NCBI RefSeq assembly: GCF_001194135.2
Contig: NC_068981.1
Location: 143,083,062 to 143,147,038 of the forward strand
DNA: 63,977 nucleotides
Origin: Octopus bimaculoides
Taxonomy: Eukaryota
Direction: 5' to 3'
Part shown: piece after piece, positions 10,916 to 24,948 of the stretch
Layout: each line of letters begins with the position of its first letter
Position numbering within the stretch: position 1 is the stretch's first letter
Position numbers and translations under genes: made by a program
The notes under the pieces: model-generated
What the model saw: the letters and a program-made list of their open reading frames with translations, nothing else
What the model was told of the DNA's origin: nothing
Database searches by the model: none

Positions 10916-13596
10916 CAGACTGAGAGACAAAATTGCATATGAATATCATTCTTGTGTTTGCCCGCAGTTCCGCACTTTGTATCTAATGATAAGTCTCAGT
11001 TGACTCACAAATGTCAATTACAGTTTATTTATCTAGATACAGACATAAATGAATAGTATTATTTTGCTTTATCAATGGAAGCAATTGTTATTATTCTCTT
11101 TAGCATTAGAGTGAGCTTGCATTAAGTATTTTTCAGTTATTATTAGAGAATTTATAGTACAAGAATTAAATTAAAAGAAAAGGAAAATATGATTATTGCA
11201 TTTTTTTTATTTTTGTTTGTTGCATATGTTCGCATCATTTCAGACTCGAATGTGCACACTTATGATCAAAAATTTTCCTTCTATGGCTACACTGTCTTTT
11301 GTAAATATAGTTCTACATTATAAATCTTGTCAAACATTTTCAATGTAGTTATTAGTAAAGCGTAGTTGTGTTTATCAGATCGAGTTACCATGAAGAGGAT
11401 CCCACATTTCAATTATCGATCGTTTGTCAGGATCAATAGACCGCCAGACCAAATATTTTTCGGTGTTTTGCTTCGTGCATTCGCGTACTTCGTACCACTC
11501 CCTCCAAATTCCATGATAACATTTTTATCTTCTACAAGTCGATAAAATAATCACTGATCCGAGTGCATGGTTCGATTGCATGACTTCACTATATATCTAC
11601 TGATTTCTGTTTATATTAGGAATCCTTAGAGTTTCGAACAGAACCCCCTCGGGTATTTACTTAACGCTGAGTTGAAAGCCAGTTATGGCTTGCATTGATT
11701 TTCTTTACTCTGTGTTCAATAAAATATATTACTCGTCAAGGATTGGGGTCGATTTCATTGGCTAACCCCATCCCCTCGAAATTGCTGGACTGAATTTTAC
11801 ATTGGAAACTGTTATCAATAACAATAATGAAGCATGGGAATGTCAGAATCGTCGGATCGTCGGATAAAATATATTGCTATTTATACTGGTTATTTACCTT
11901 CTAAGTTCAAATAGCACAGTTCAACCATGTGGGAAGTCAATAAAGTAAGGCAACAATCAAGTATTGGGATCGATATAGGTGGCTTTTGCTATCCCACCAT
12001 TCATTGCGCGCCCTCCTCCTCGATAGTTCGGTGGCTTATACTACCAGACTGTTGGCTCTGGCTGTTCGAACTGAAGCTAACGCGACGATGGTGGAACGTA
12101 GGTTTAGAGAGGGCGCGAGCCAAAACTACGCGTCCTTCCCCTCCATTGATCAGTTAAATAGTGTCACGTGAAAGGTACCTAGTGCTGGCTAGCGCCTACT
12201 GGCGAATATTTAAAGGTAAATTCGGCAGGATGTCAGTCGCTGACATTCGTTGACGCTGCATCAAAGAAACCAAAGAACAAAAGCCGAAAGAAAAAAGGAG
12301 AAAGAAAGAACGCAATCAACGTCAGAGCTGAAGACACCTCCAAAAGGAAGGGGCGCCACATAGAAAATGGTAGACGAATAGGAGCAGAAACCGGACGTGG
12401 TTTCTCCTGATGATGTGTTTAGCCACAGGATGCCATAAAGAAGCTGTTGAGGTAGCGAACCACGAAACCTGGTTGGAATTCCTCCTCCAAAGTTTCGTCT
12501 ATGTAAGAATTATTATTAATTGTAAGTGTTAGTAGCAACTGTAGTAGTGTTAGCAATAGCTGTCGTAGCAGGTCACCAATTATTTAAGGTTATTCATGAT
12601 AATCACCACTTTACAGGCTGAGACTTGCATGCATGTTTTATTGCTCAAGCGAACCGATAACTCTTCGTTTGTGTTATCAATATATTAACTCTTAGGGGTA
12701 CGCAGAATCCCCGTGTGTGCATCTTTGTATGTGTGAGCGAGCTGGGGTGCTAGAAGGGAAGAGAGAGATGAAATGATAAAATGTTTAGTTGGAGATAAAT
12801 GAGAAAGAGAAAGATAATGAAAAATAGAAATCGAGCGACAGGATGAGATGGAAAGGAAAAGTTTGAAGTGAGTATATGTCACGTGGCAGTATTAGCAATT
12901 AGTACGAGGGAAAATAAAGATAGATAGTGACAAAAGAAGTGTATGTATGTGTGTACGTGAGAGAGAAAGAAATGTGACAAACAGACAGACGAAATGTTGT
13001 GAGTGATATAGAAATAAAACGAGTAATACGAGTGAATAACATGCAAGTGATAGAAAGATATTTAAAGGGTTCAAGAGACAAAGAGGAGAGACAGAAGGAG
13101 GCAGAAATTGATAAAATGAAACTTTTAGCATACATCATTTGATATGTGGGTTTAGTATAGATGTTTGGCTGAAGTATGTGGCAGTGTGCATGTTTTTGTT
13201 GTGATGTCGATGAATGCCTGCCGGAGACAGACAACAGTTGATTAAAGGTCATACGAATGTCTAGACATGTTGCTGGGCAGGGTAAGATGTAATGAAAATC
13301 GTTCTATACGTGACCGCTATGTAGTTTTTAACTTCAGTAGCCACTTGCCCTATTACAATATTCCTGTGTTCCAGATGTGGCCCTCTCGTCTCTTAAAACT
13401 TATGATTACATTGTTCAATTTTCTTTTTATCGTTGGTAATTAGAATAGAGGCACTGGTGAAGCAGGTTCAAGATTGAAGGCTGTCAACCCATGATTTATC
13501 AGCCTTTACGTCAGATATACCTTATCGAAGACTATATAAAACTGTAGCCATAATATTTGCTTTTGTAAGATGGCAGGAATTAATATGAGAGAAATG

Positions 13597-13599
<3 letters not shown>

Positions 13600-13688
<89 letters not shown>
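13600..13688. repeat. (CT)n microsatellite
   Basis: Direct reading. Confidence 0.98.
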
Positions 13689-13689
<1 letters not shown>

Positions 13690-13767
13690 AGCTGTTCGTT
13701 GTAGTCACCTTGACTGGAGGGTATGATTGGACTGTTATTTCATTGCGAATTCTTAGAGGTTGTATAT

Positions 13768-13830
13768 TCTTTTACTCTTTTACTTGCATCAGTCATTTGA
13801 CTGCGGCCATGCTGGAGCACCGCCTTTTAA
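13768..13830 (-). mobile_element. SINE family B 3' tail fragment
   Basis: CTTTTACTCTTTTACTTGCATCAGTCATTTGACTGCGGCCATGCTGGAGCACCGCC. Confidence 0.8.
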
Positions 13831-14421
13831 TAGACTGCACCTTTCTTAGCTCGTAAGCAAGACAGTAAAGATAGTAAGGATGAAAAGAGAGGGTGCAAAG
13901 TTGTTGGGGATACGGTTACAAGTAAAATTCAAACTTGCAGGTTTAATAAATTTTATAAGAATGGATAAAATAATCAAAGTAGAGGGGTGATATGAAGTGG
14001 TCGTGTGACAGGGTCACAATCAATGACGAGTAGACTAATAGATATTAGGGTAAAGAGGAAAAACGAAAAAACATGGAGAAAAGAATCGAGGGTCGCACGT
14101 GCATGGTCTGTGTACGTGTGTGAGTGCGTGTGTAGGTGCGTGTGCACACGCATAGGGAGGTGCTTAGTATGCGTGCTTATGTGTGCGTGTCTACATCCGT
14201 TTAGAGAAAGAGAGTTGGAAAAAAGAAATTGAAACAAAAGAGGAGCGAGAGAGAAAATGAGCGATTAAATATAAGTGAAAATGTGCATGTGTGTGTATGC
14301 ATGTGCGTGTGCGTGTGCGTCTATGTGTGTGTGTGTGTGCGTATGCGTGAATGTTATGATGTGGGGAAAGGAAAAAAGGGACAAAGAGAAGGGAGAAAAA
14401 GCAAGAGAATAAAGTTAGACA

Positions 14422-14432
14422 GACTGACAGAC

Positions 14433-14494
<62 letters not shown>

Positions 14495-14505
14495 ACAGAC
14501 AGATC

Positions 14506-14539
<34 letters not shown>

Positions 14540-14556
14540 CTGACAGATAGATAGGT

Positions 14557-14610
<54 letters not shown>

Positions 14611-14620
14611 GCAGACAGAC
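14422..14620. repeat. Compound (AGAT)n/(AG)n microsatellite
   Basis: Direct reading. Confidence 0.95.
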
Positions 14621-14640
14621 AGACGGAAATAGTGTGGCAA

Positions 14641-14875
14641 TGCGGCGAGCTGGCAGAAACGTCAGCACGCCGGGCGAAATGCTTAGCGGTATTTCGTCTG
14701 TCGTTACGTTCTGAGTTCAAATTCCGCCGAGGTCGGCTTTGCCGTTCATCCTGTCGGGGTCGATAAATTAAGTACCAGTTAGCACTGGGGTCGATGTAAT
14801 CGACTTAATCTCCTTGTCTGTCTTTGTTTGTCCCCTCTATGTTTAGCCCCTGGTGGGCAATAAAGAAATAAGAAA
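14641..14875 (+). mobile_element. SINE family A, tail type 1 monomer
   Basis: GCGGCGAGCTGGCAGAAACG...GAGTTCAAATTCCGCCGAGGTCGGCTTTGCC...TTTGTCCCCTCTATGTTTAGCCCC...AATAAAGAAATAAGAAA. Confidence 0.9.
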
Positions 14876-16907
14876 TATTGTGGGATATAACCTATGATAA
14901 ACAGTTGAGAGTGAAATTTCAATGTATGTGTAAGTGTTGGAGGAACGTATGTGATCCCAATAAAAGGGATACAGAAGTTGACAAAGGAAGGTTGAAAAGG
15001 GAGTGAATCAGATAGGAGGATCAAATTGAGAGAGGGAGTTGGGGAAGGATAGATATAGCGACAATATAACAATGAAAGAAACGGATGTTTTTAGTTTGAC
15101 ATATGAAATCCATATTTTTTCTGTAATTTTCTACCTACATGTAGTTTCCTTTTGTGATAGTTACCAAAAGTATTAGCATTTTGTAGGAGAAACTATTAAT
15201 AAGATATCTACGAAGATTTTAAGATCTTGTTCTCATTCTAAATTCCAGCCAGTGAGTTACAGCATAGAGTTGCATGCCGAATAATAAAACTACCACAGGT
15301 TCCATGTAAGCTAGACCTTTTAGAAATGACTGCGAAACATTCATTAAATCACAGTGCGCTACCTTAAAAACGAAAATTATTCGATCTATTTGCTACAAGT
15401 AGCGGAGAAATACTCTTCAAATCAATGCTGGATAAGAACTAACCTAGAGACAAACAACAACAAAAATACTAAAATATCTCTCCTAAAAGGATGATGGATA
15501 AGAGAGATGGTACAATTAATATCTGCTTTTGATGGAGTTTTATTGGCAGAGGATATTCATGTGATTAGTCTTATAATTTTTTGGATGTTTCCTGCTACAT
15601 TCGTGCCTTATTGTCATGTGACAATAGGTTTGGCGTCGTTAATTAAGCTGGCACGGTTGAATGAACGTGTATATAGACAAGGCTCTCTAAATTGAATCTG
15701 TCAAGTTGTAAAGTGAACAACCATTGTTTGTACGTAGTCACGTGGATGAATGGTTATGATTTGTAGGTATATACGGTCTCGTTGTCTCGTGACTGGATGT
15801 GGCTAGTTCACTCCACTCCTTGGAATATATATATGCAGATTGCATCGAATAACCAGCTGGGGGATGCGTCCTCCTGGTGTTAAAATAGGAGTAACCTCAT
15901 TTCCTACAGCATAGACATGATTAAGTGGCAATAAACATTACTTCTAACTATAGTTACTGCTTTCGTCTTTTATTGAGATTCTAACACTAGCTAATTTGCT
16001 TGTTGCAAGATCAGTAACTGTGTGGCACATGATTTCTATATATTGCGACAAGAAATGAACCACTGCTATCTCCAGCGTACGAGTATCCACCAGCGAGGGT
16101 GACCACAATGAGGGCGAAACCGTATAGCCTGGTGGTCTCGTGGGTGGGAGAGGATAAGGGTTAATCCCTGCTTGCAATATATATTTATATATTTGATCCT
16201 TTATATTGAACACTCAATATTTCATCTACATTCAATACTTTCTTTCATGGTGCCATCCATTTTTATTTTATTTTATTTTATATTGTATATTGTATATTAT
16301 ATATTATATATTGTATATTCCATATTCTATACCCCACATTAGTTCTGCGGGAATATAAATAAAACATAAAAAACAGACAGTGTTGGAACTCTTTTNNNNN
16401 NNNNNNNNNNNNNNNNNNNNNNNNNNNNNNNNNNNNNNNNNNNNNNNNNNNNNNNNNNNNNNNNNNNNNNNNNNNNNNNNNNNNNNNNNNNNNNNNNNNN
16501 NNNNNNNNNNNNNNNNNNNNNNNNNNNNNNNNNNNNNNNNNNNNNNNNNNNNNNNNNNNNNNNNNNNNNNNNNNNNNNNNNNNNNNNNNNNNNNNNNNNN
16601 NNNNNNNNNNNNNNNNNNNNNNNNNNNNNNNNNNNNNNNNNNNNNNNNNNNNNNNNNNNNNNNNNNNNNNNNNNNNNNNNNNNNNNNNNNNNNNNNNNNN
16701 NNNNNNNNNNNNNNNNNNNNNNNNNNNNNNNNNNNNNNNNNNNNNNNNNNNNNNNNNNNNNNNNNNNNNNNNNNNNNNNNNNNNNNNNNNNNNNNNNNNN
16801 NNNNNNNNNNNNNNNNNNNNNNNNNNNNNNNNNNNNNNNNNNNNNNNNNNNNNNNNNNNNNNNNNNNNNNNNNNNNNNNNNNNNNNNNNNNNNNNNNNNN
16901 NNNNNNN

Positions 16908-16962
<55 letters not shown>

Positions 16963-16965
16963 TAT

Positions 16966-17165
16966 TCTTTCTTTTATTCTTTTACTTGTTTCAGTCATTT
17001 GACTGCAGCGATGCTGGAGCACCGCCTTTAGTCGTACAAATCGACCCTTGGACTTATTTTTCATTAGCCTAGTACTTATTCTGTCGGGGTTTTTTGCCCA
17101 ACCACTAGATTACGGGGACATAAACACACCATGCATCAGTTGTCAAATGATGGTAGAGCGACAAG
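16966..17165 (-). mobile_element. SINE family B, 3' half
   Basis: Tail and 3' body match the 5197-5410 segment. Confidence 0.85.
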
Positions 17166-18301
17166 CACACACATACACAAACACGAGCGCAAACGCACAC
17201 ACGCGAGCGCACACGCACACACACAAATACATCGGGTGTAGATATCTGATAACCTGCTGGATGAGGAGTACTCCTGGGGTTAAAAATAGTAACAACCTCT
17301 GTTCCTAAAGAACAGCCATGAGTAACTAGAAATAAACGTTACCTCTCAGTATAGTTACTGCCTACATCATTTATAAAGATTTTCTAAATAGCTTATTTGC
17401 TTCTCGTAAAATTTCGTTCTCCAGTAAATTCATGCGTTAGCGTCATACGAGAACAGCATGATGTGTTTGTGTGGGAATAATTGTTGCTGAATGTGCTTTG
17501 TTAAAGTTTATTTAGTCTTGGTTTATATATTTGTATGAACATATTTTTTTTGATTATTCTTGCTTCATCTGTGGTATTGACTCAACAAAGATGAAGTGGG
17601 AGGACTTACAATTCAGAGCATTTATTTATTCATTTTTTATTTATTAGACACGTTCACTCTGCCGTGTTAGCCTTAAGTTACTGCAGTAAATTCATGTTCC
17701 CATGACACTAATGTATGGGCGTAACTTTTCTGAGCAAAATCCCGTGATCAACTTCTTCCAGTCAAATTGTATCCTAAGCATGTACTAATTTGAACCACGT
17801 TCTCTCTTTAAAATCAAGAGAAATTTCAAACTTCATTCAGAAGCAAGATGGTGTTTATATTGGAACTTTTGAAAATCTGAAAAATCTTGGAACCGGTCAT
17901 GTCTTTAACAATAATAATATTTTTTAAAAATCTTAATAATTGATATTTCTTCTTTTGATCGATGGTATGAGCTAATGTTCTTGGTCATGGCAGGACCTCT
18001 GAGACCACTTAATTCGACCGATTCCGTTAAAGGTCTCTTTAATTGATGCAAGTTGCCGACAAGGAGGGAAAATGATCGCGAATAAAAGGAGTGAAAGGAA
18101 AGGTTGTGGTGAGTAATGTTAATTGCTGTTCTGTGATTCCATACTAGGGTAGATCTTATTAAGAAGTCATTATGGTTGAAACTATAGTAATTATTAGCTA
18201 CGTCTGATTATTACATTTTGCGTACTTTTGTCCAAGGAGATATTGTATAGGTAACTATCCCTGTAATTAGATAGTAAAGTGTATGATGCTTAGCGTAAAC
18301 T

Positions 18302-18377
18302 CAAGTCTCTATGATAACGCCAAGTCTCTATGGTAACGCCAAGTCTCTATGGTAACGCCAAGTCTCTATGGTAACGC
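18302..18377. repeat. 19-bp tandem repeat x4 (CAAGTCTCTATGGTAACGC)
   Basis: Units at 18302, 18321, 18340 and 18359; one mismatch in unit 1. Confidence 0.97.
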
Positions 18378-19694
18378 CCAATGTCTAATATATAATTAAG
18401 GAGTAAATGGAAAAAAATATCTCATTGTTGACGATGTCATCGTCGTCGCTGTACTTTTGACACGGATCAAAGATGATTGAGCAGAATGATACGATAGAAT
18501 TGTTTTCGACTTATAGATAAAAAAAGTCCATTGTCTTTCTAGAGTTAACAATGTGTACTTATTATGCAGAACGTACCAATAAATGTGTTTTTACTTAGCT
18601 TTTTAAGATAGTAAGTGAATGACCTATGGGCCAGCATCTTCTTTCTTGGAGTATAGTAGTTGGCCAGGCAGAAACTCCTTCGTTAGTTCGTAACCTGCAT
18701 AGCGCATGATAAATCTAGTATTAGTTGTTTAGTAATTGGACATACCTGATTTTAATATGACAGTGGTCAACGTTCCTTTGTTGTATTTTGTTTTTTCAAG
18801 TGGTGTATCCATTACTGATTTATTGCTTATGCATTATCTTACTAAAATTAAATTGAATAATCTGAAATTATTTACTCAGCTATATCCTTCACTTAAAAAC
18901 AAGATTAGAATATTAAAATCAAGATTAGAATATTAACGTAAGCTTGAAACAATTAAACATAAACTCAATATTTTAATCCTTTCATCAAGGACATCACGAG
19001 AAAAATCAAGCGTTTCTACTATTACACTGGTCTGCAAAATAAATATTTTAATCTTTTGACATAAAATCATTGAGCTGTTTTAGACCAATTTTTGGGTGCT
19101 GATTCCAAAACTGACCTCAGATTTTCTGTATCACATCAGTTTGTTGTGCCATCAATATATATATATATATATATAATTTTATTTACCTGGATCATGCCAA
19201 AACTCAATTTTACACCATCATTTTTGTGCATTTTGGCTGGATTGGTGATGAAGCTCTCGATACCCCTACTATTAAGTAAGATGAACAGTTCATATCATGT
19301 AATACAGGGTCTGATAATATGTCTTTCTTTTGTCAGCCTGAATTGTATGATCTGTTCAAGGATTTCTATTTGTCAAAGCAGTCTGTTGAACTGTTGGCTT
19401 CTAGGGTGCATGAAAAAATACTGCTGAAACCTGGCACTTGTGTCACCTTTAATCGTAAAAGACAAGCAGAACTATAGAAGTACTGGTCATCTTGTTTATT
19501 ATATTGAAGTAGAATGTCTTCTTCTCAATATGGGGGTGCTTGCATATGATTAACGTGAGAGAAAACTTTTTTTATTGGTAGCTCTAAAAGCAGTTCGAAA
19601 TGTGCTTTACTTCACATCGAGAATTTGTATGACTCAATCTCAATAGGAATATCTATAAAAATGAAAGAGAAATAAGCAGACATCAAGATTGTTC

Positions 19695-20287
<593 letters not shown>

Positions 20288-21242
20288 ATCAAGATTGTTC
20301 TAGAGAGGCTACAGCATTATGCACAAAGATGACCAGTTTATGACGATTTTAAAACAGTAATCCTTCTGCTTGGCCAGTAAGGCGGTTACGCCATGTATCC
20401 TTGTTTTTTGTGCTACTGGGACTGTAGGGCGACAGAGGATCAGTGGGTGAGAAAAGAATGCCCCCCACCAAGAAAAATTTCCCGACAAGTGACAAGAACA
20501 TCATTAATGACCGTCTGACTGATAGGAAAAAACATCGTCTTCCCCACCGTCACTGAACATAAACTATGTATGATGAAGCAATTCATCGAAGCTCTTGATC
20601 ACAGCGAAGACGGCTTCAAATATATATGTTCAGCCTTTCCAAGTCTCAGTGACGAGAAGAGGAAGGCTGGAATATTAGATGGACCTCAAATAAGAACACT
20701 CCCCAGAGATCCACATTGCATTAGAAAAATGAGTGCGGCGGAGGCCAGAGCTTGGAATGCCTTCTCTGATGTGATGCTGAATATCCTTGGGAACAAAAAA
20801 ATGTGACAGCAATGAAAATATTAGGGAAGAGCTGCTTTTGAGTTTGCAAGCACTTGGATGTAGAGTGAGCAACCAATTGCACTACTTACAGTCATTTAGT
20901 TGAGTTTCCATAGGACGTGGGTGATGTTAACGAAGAACAAGGTGAACACTTTCATGAAGACAAAAGTAATAGAAGAATGCTTCCAAGGCCGATGGGACTC
21001 AAGCATGATTGCAAATTACATACATGCAAACATACAAATATCTATTCATGCGCACATGCGTATTTGTGTGTGCATTTGTGCGTGAATATGTAAATATATC
21101 GGTTGTATCTCTGTCAGAAACCTAACATTTTTTACCAATCAGTAAATACGTTTGCGTGTAGATTCATACGCAAACTTACATCAATTCCCCATCTTTGAAG
21201 TACATACTTCTCTGCTCATCTGTATTAACTAAGATCTGCCTG

Positions 21243-21287
<45 letters not shown>

Positions 21288-24199
21288 TATTTTTCCTGAC
21301 CTATTTTCTTCAGACATTTCTTCTATCAATTTACAAGGGTGAGATTTTATTATCAACGTCATCCTCTTTCTCGATTCTCCTTCCTTGCTTTGTCTTATTT
21401 GTTTACCTTTTGGTATTTTATTTATTTTATATTATCTTCTACGCATTCATTTTTGCTACTAACATTGTTGTCTTTGTCTCCCAAGATATTTGCTTCTACA
21501 ATCTAAAATTTTTATTTAAAGAAGATATCATAATCTGGCTCAGCCAACATGCCTTGATATTATTCGCTTTTGTACGCGACATTACAAATATCATTTTCCA
21601 ATTTTTCTTTTTTGGTTGTAATTCTTTCGTTGTTATAGGTCTTTCCATTTGTTGCTTTAATGAGAGTATTTAATTCATTAATATTCGCATTATATGTTTT
21701 ATTTTTTCTATCTTTGTTATTGTAGTTTCCATTGAACTACTGAAATCATTTTGTTCGAAACTAACTAATTAAGGAAACATCAAATTTTTAAAGGTAGCGA
21801 GATAATTGATAAATTTCCTTAGGTGAAGAGCGGGGTGTCACATTTTGGCGCCAGAAGTTGCCTTAATGAAGAACTCATTAGGTTCAGTTAAGCAGTTGCA
21901 GACACTGAAAGAAAGCTGATGAGGATGTCGTCCTTTGCTATTACAGATTATATTTCTTCTTCTTTAGATCAACAGAACTTGTTGATGAATAACAAATAAT
22001 TCAAAACAACATCAATTTAAATATATATATATTATTCTACACTATGAAATTTTGTGGGGGTTTTTTTTAAAGATTTCTAGCCAATAGTTAATTTTAAAAA
22101 TAAATAAATACGAATAACATTAGAACACTAACCACAAAAAATACTGAAAATTTAAATAGATCATTAGCATGATTTCATAGCATAAAAAATACCCAACAGC
22201 GCATACAAATACATGATGTACTAAAATACATTCATATATACATACGTAAAGGCATATATATATATACATGTTTGTAGGTATGTATGTATGTCTGCATATA
22301 CATCTGTACATATATATATATATGTGTGTATGTATGTGCATATATGTATATATATATATATATATGTATATATATNNNNNNNNNNNNNNNNNNNNNNNNN
22401 NNNNNNNNNNNNNNNNNNNNNNNNNNNNNNNNNNNNNNNNNNNNNNNNNNNNNNNNNNNNNNNNNNNNNNNNNNNNNNNNNNNNNNNNNNNNNNNNNNNN
22501 NNNNNNNNNNNNNNNNNNNNNNNNNNNNNNNNNNNNNNNNNNNNNNNNNNNNNNNNNNNNNNNNNNNNNNNNNNNNNNNNNNNNNNNNNNNNNNNNNNNN
22601 NNNNATATATATATATATATATATAGATATATATACATATTCGAGTGTTTGTGTTTGCGTATGTATATGTGGGTATATGCATATACATATAATTCGATAG
22701 AAATAATATGAATCTGCATGAATTGGCTCAACTACATCCTCATGAGAGAAATACAATTTTCAATTTGGACAATTGCAATTTTCCCATATCTAAAACCCAC
22801 TCATACATTGGCTCTAACAGTACAATATTCCTGTTATGAAACCCATGCTAGTAGAGCCAATATAAAGTCTTGTTTGTTGAAGATATTGATTTCCTTAGTT
22901 CAGCATCCTTTGTTTGTTTATGAGAAGTTGTCAAAACGATCAGACAGAAAAAAAAAAATTAAAATATATTCAGAATATATTACAGATAACAACAACAACG
23001 GCAGCAGTAACACCATAAAACATCCTAAAAAATTAGAAAATAAATAAACAGGAGTGATTCTATAAATCGGGTGAACAGTTCGAATGATATCTAAAGACAC
23101 TTCGTCGTCATGAAAACACATTTTGTGTAAATAGTTAAGAAAAAAATATTCAATCATTTACATTTTATTTATTTTGAGTTTTTTTAAGTATTCATTTATC
23201 TGCTTTTTTTTTCTTGTTTTTTTTTTTGTTTTCATTTAAGGCGGATTTTTTGTATAAAACAAAAGCACACAAACAGTTCTAAATATGTATTGCGGAATAT
23301 ATTTTAACTGAAACATACNNNNNNNNNNNNNNNNNNNNNNNNNNNNNNNNNNNNNNNNNNNNNNNNNNNNNNNNNNNNNNNNNNNNNNNNNNNNNNNNNN
23401 NNNNNNNNNNNNNNNNNNNNNNNNNNNNNNNNNNNNNNNNNNNNNNNNNNNNNNNNNNNNNNNNNNNNNNNNNNNNNNNNNNNNNNNNNNNNNNNNNNNN
23501 NNNNNNNNNNNNNNNNNNNNNNNNNNNNNNNNNNNNNNNNNNNNNNNNNNNNNNNNNNNNNNNNNNNNNNNNNNNNNNNNNNNNNNNNNNNNNNNNNNNN
23601 NNNNNNNNNNNNNNNNNNNNNNNNNNNNNNNNNNNNNNNATATATATATATATTTCATATATATATATAATTTAATTTCATATATTTATAGAAAAAATTT
23701 ATATAAGATGAATATCTTGGTATACAGACAAATATAAAAGTACACATATAATTATTCTGTGATATCACTAACCGTCTATGAATATCATAATGTCATTGAT
23801 GTTACGTCAGCTATTAATATTTATGTATGTTAACCTTTGTATGACAAGTCTATGTAAATTGAGTTATTCAGGTATAGAAGACAGCAATACTATGGACATA
23901 TAGGTGCTACGAAAGTGTACAACGCTATTTCTAAAGTGAATACGCACGCGAACATACATACATATATACATGCATGCTTATAATTGTTATAGTTGCAACG
24001 TGGCCTTATGTATGTTGTTTAATTTACTTCACATAAAATAACGAGTCATGAAACAAATCTCTATAAAATAAATGCTACACGAAAGAATGGTTTAGATCAT
24101 CTTAAAAATGAATGGCAGTACACCAGTATTACGGGATTTCATTTGCCGGAACCAATAAAAGAATGAATCAAATATGTACGTACACGCATTTACAATGGG

Positions 24200-24255
<56 letters not shown>

Positions 24256-24736
24256 GTGTATGTGTGTGTGTGTGTGTATGCGTCTGTTGATTTGCTTCAT
24301 ACCTGCTTTATAACGACATTGTACACTTAGTAAACTATAACTAATTACAAAACAGTCACACCGAAGTAAAAGGATTTTCCATTTAACCGTAATATTCATA
24401 TTAAACTTGGTCAGCTCATCTGTGCTTATGAGATGAATAGGTGCGCCAAAGTAAACAACTTACGATACAATATGTATTACTGTGTCATTAACGATAGTCA
24501 AGCCATTCGGAATTCCGATCAAAATATGTTTTCTGGAATTGCTAGATTAGAGATAAACTTATTGTTGCCTCCTATATTAGATCAAACAGAAAGGAAACAG
24601 TCAATCTTGAATGACTGGTGCAGTTCTGATACTCTCAATGCTAAATACGAATACGTATATGAAACAAAATAATTCATACAATTTACTAGAATTCATCAAC
24701 AGAATACGTAGTATTCATATTTATAATTACGAAATC

Positions 24737-24948
24737 GACGAGCTGGCAGAATCGTTTGCACACCGGGAAAGATGTTTAAAGGCATTTCGTCCGTCTTTGC
24801 GTTCTGATTTCACATTCCCCTGAGGTCGACTTTGCAATTCATCATTTCGATGTCGATAAAATAAGTACCAGTTTAATACTGGGGCTGATGTTATTCGTCT
24901 TATCCTCTCCCCGATTTTGCTGGCCTTGTTCCAAAATATGAAACCAAT
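24737..24948 (+). mobile_element. SINE family A, tail type 3
   Basis: GACGAGCTGGCAGAATCG head; GAGGTCGACTTTGC core; tail GCTGGCCTTGTTCCAAAATATGAAACC. Confidence 0.8.

Noticed and set aside
18302-18377. Regular short repeat that might suggest a CRISPR array
   Set aside because: No spacers, eukaryotic context and no cas genes; it is an ordinary minisatellite
18620-18720. Minus-strand FIMRYAGYELTKEFLPGQLLYSKKEDAGP* looked protein-like
   Set aside because: Weak acceptor with no pyrimidine tract, short, and no partner exons identifiable
21917-21940. CTGATGA followed by a small GGA/TCC hairpin
   Set aside because: No GAAA after stem II, so not a hammerhead
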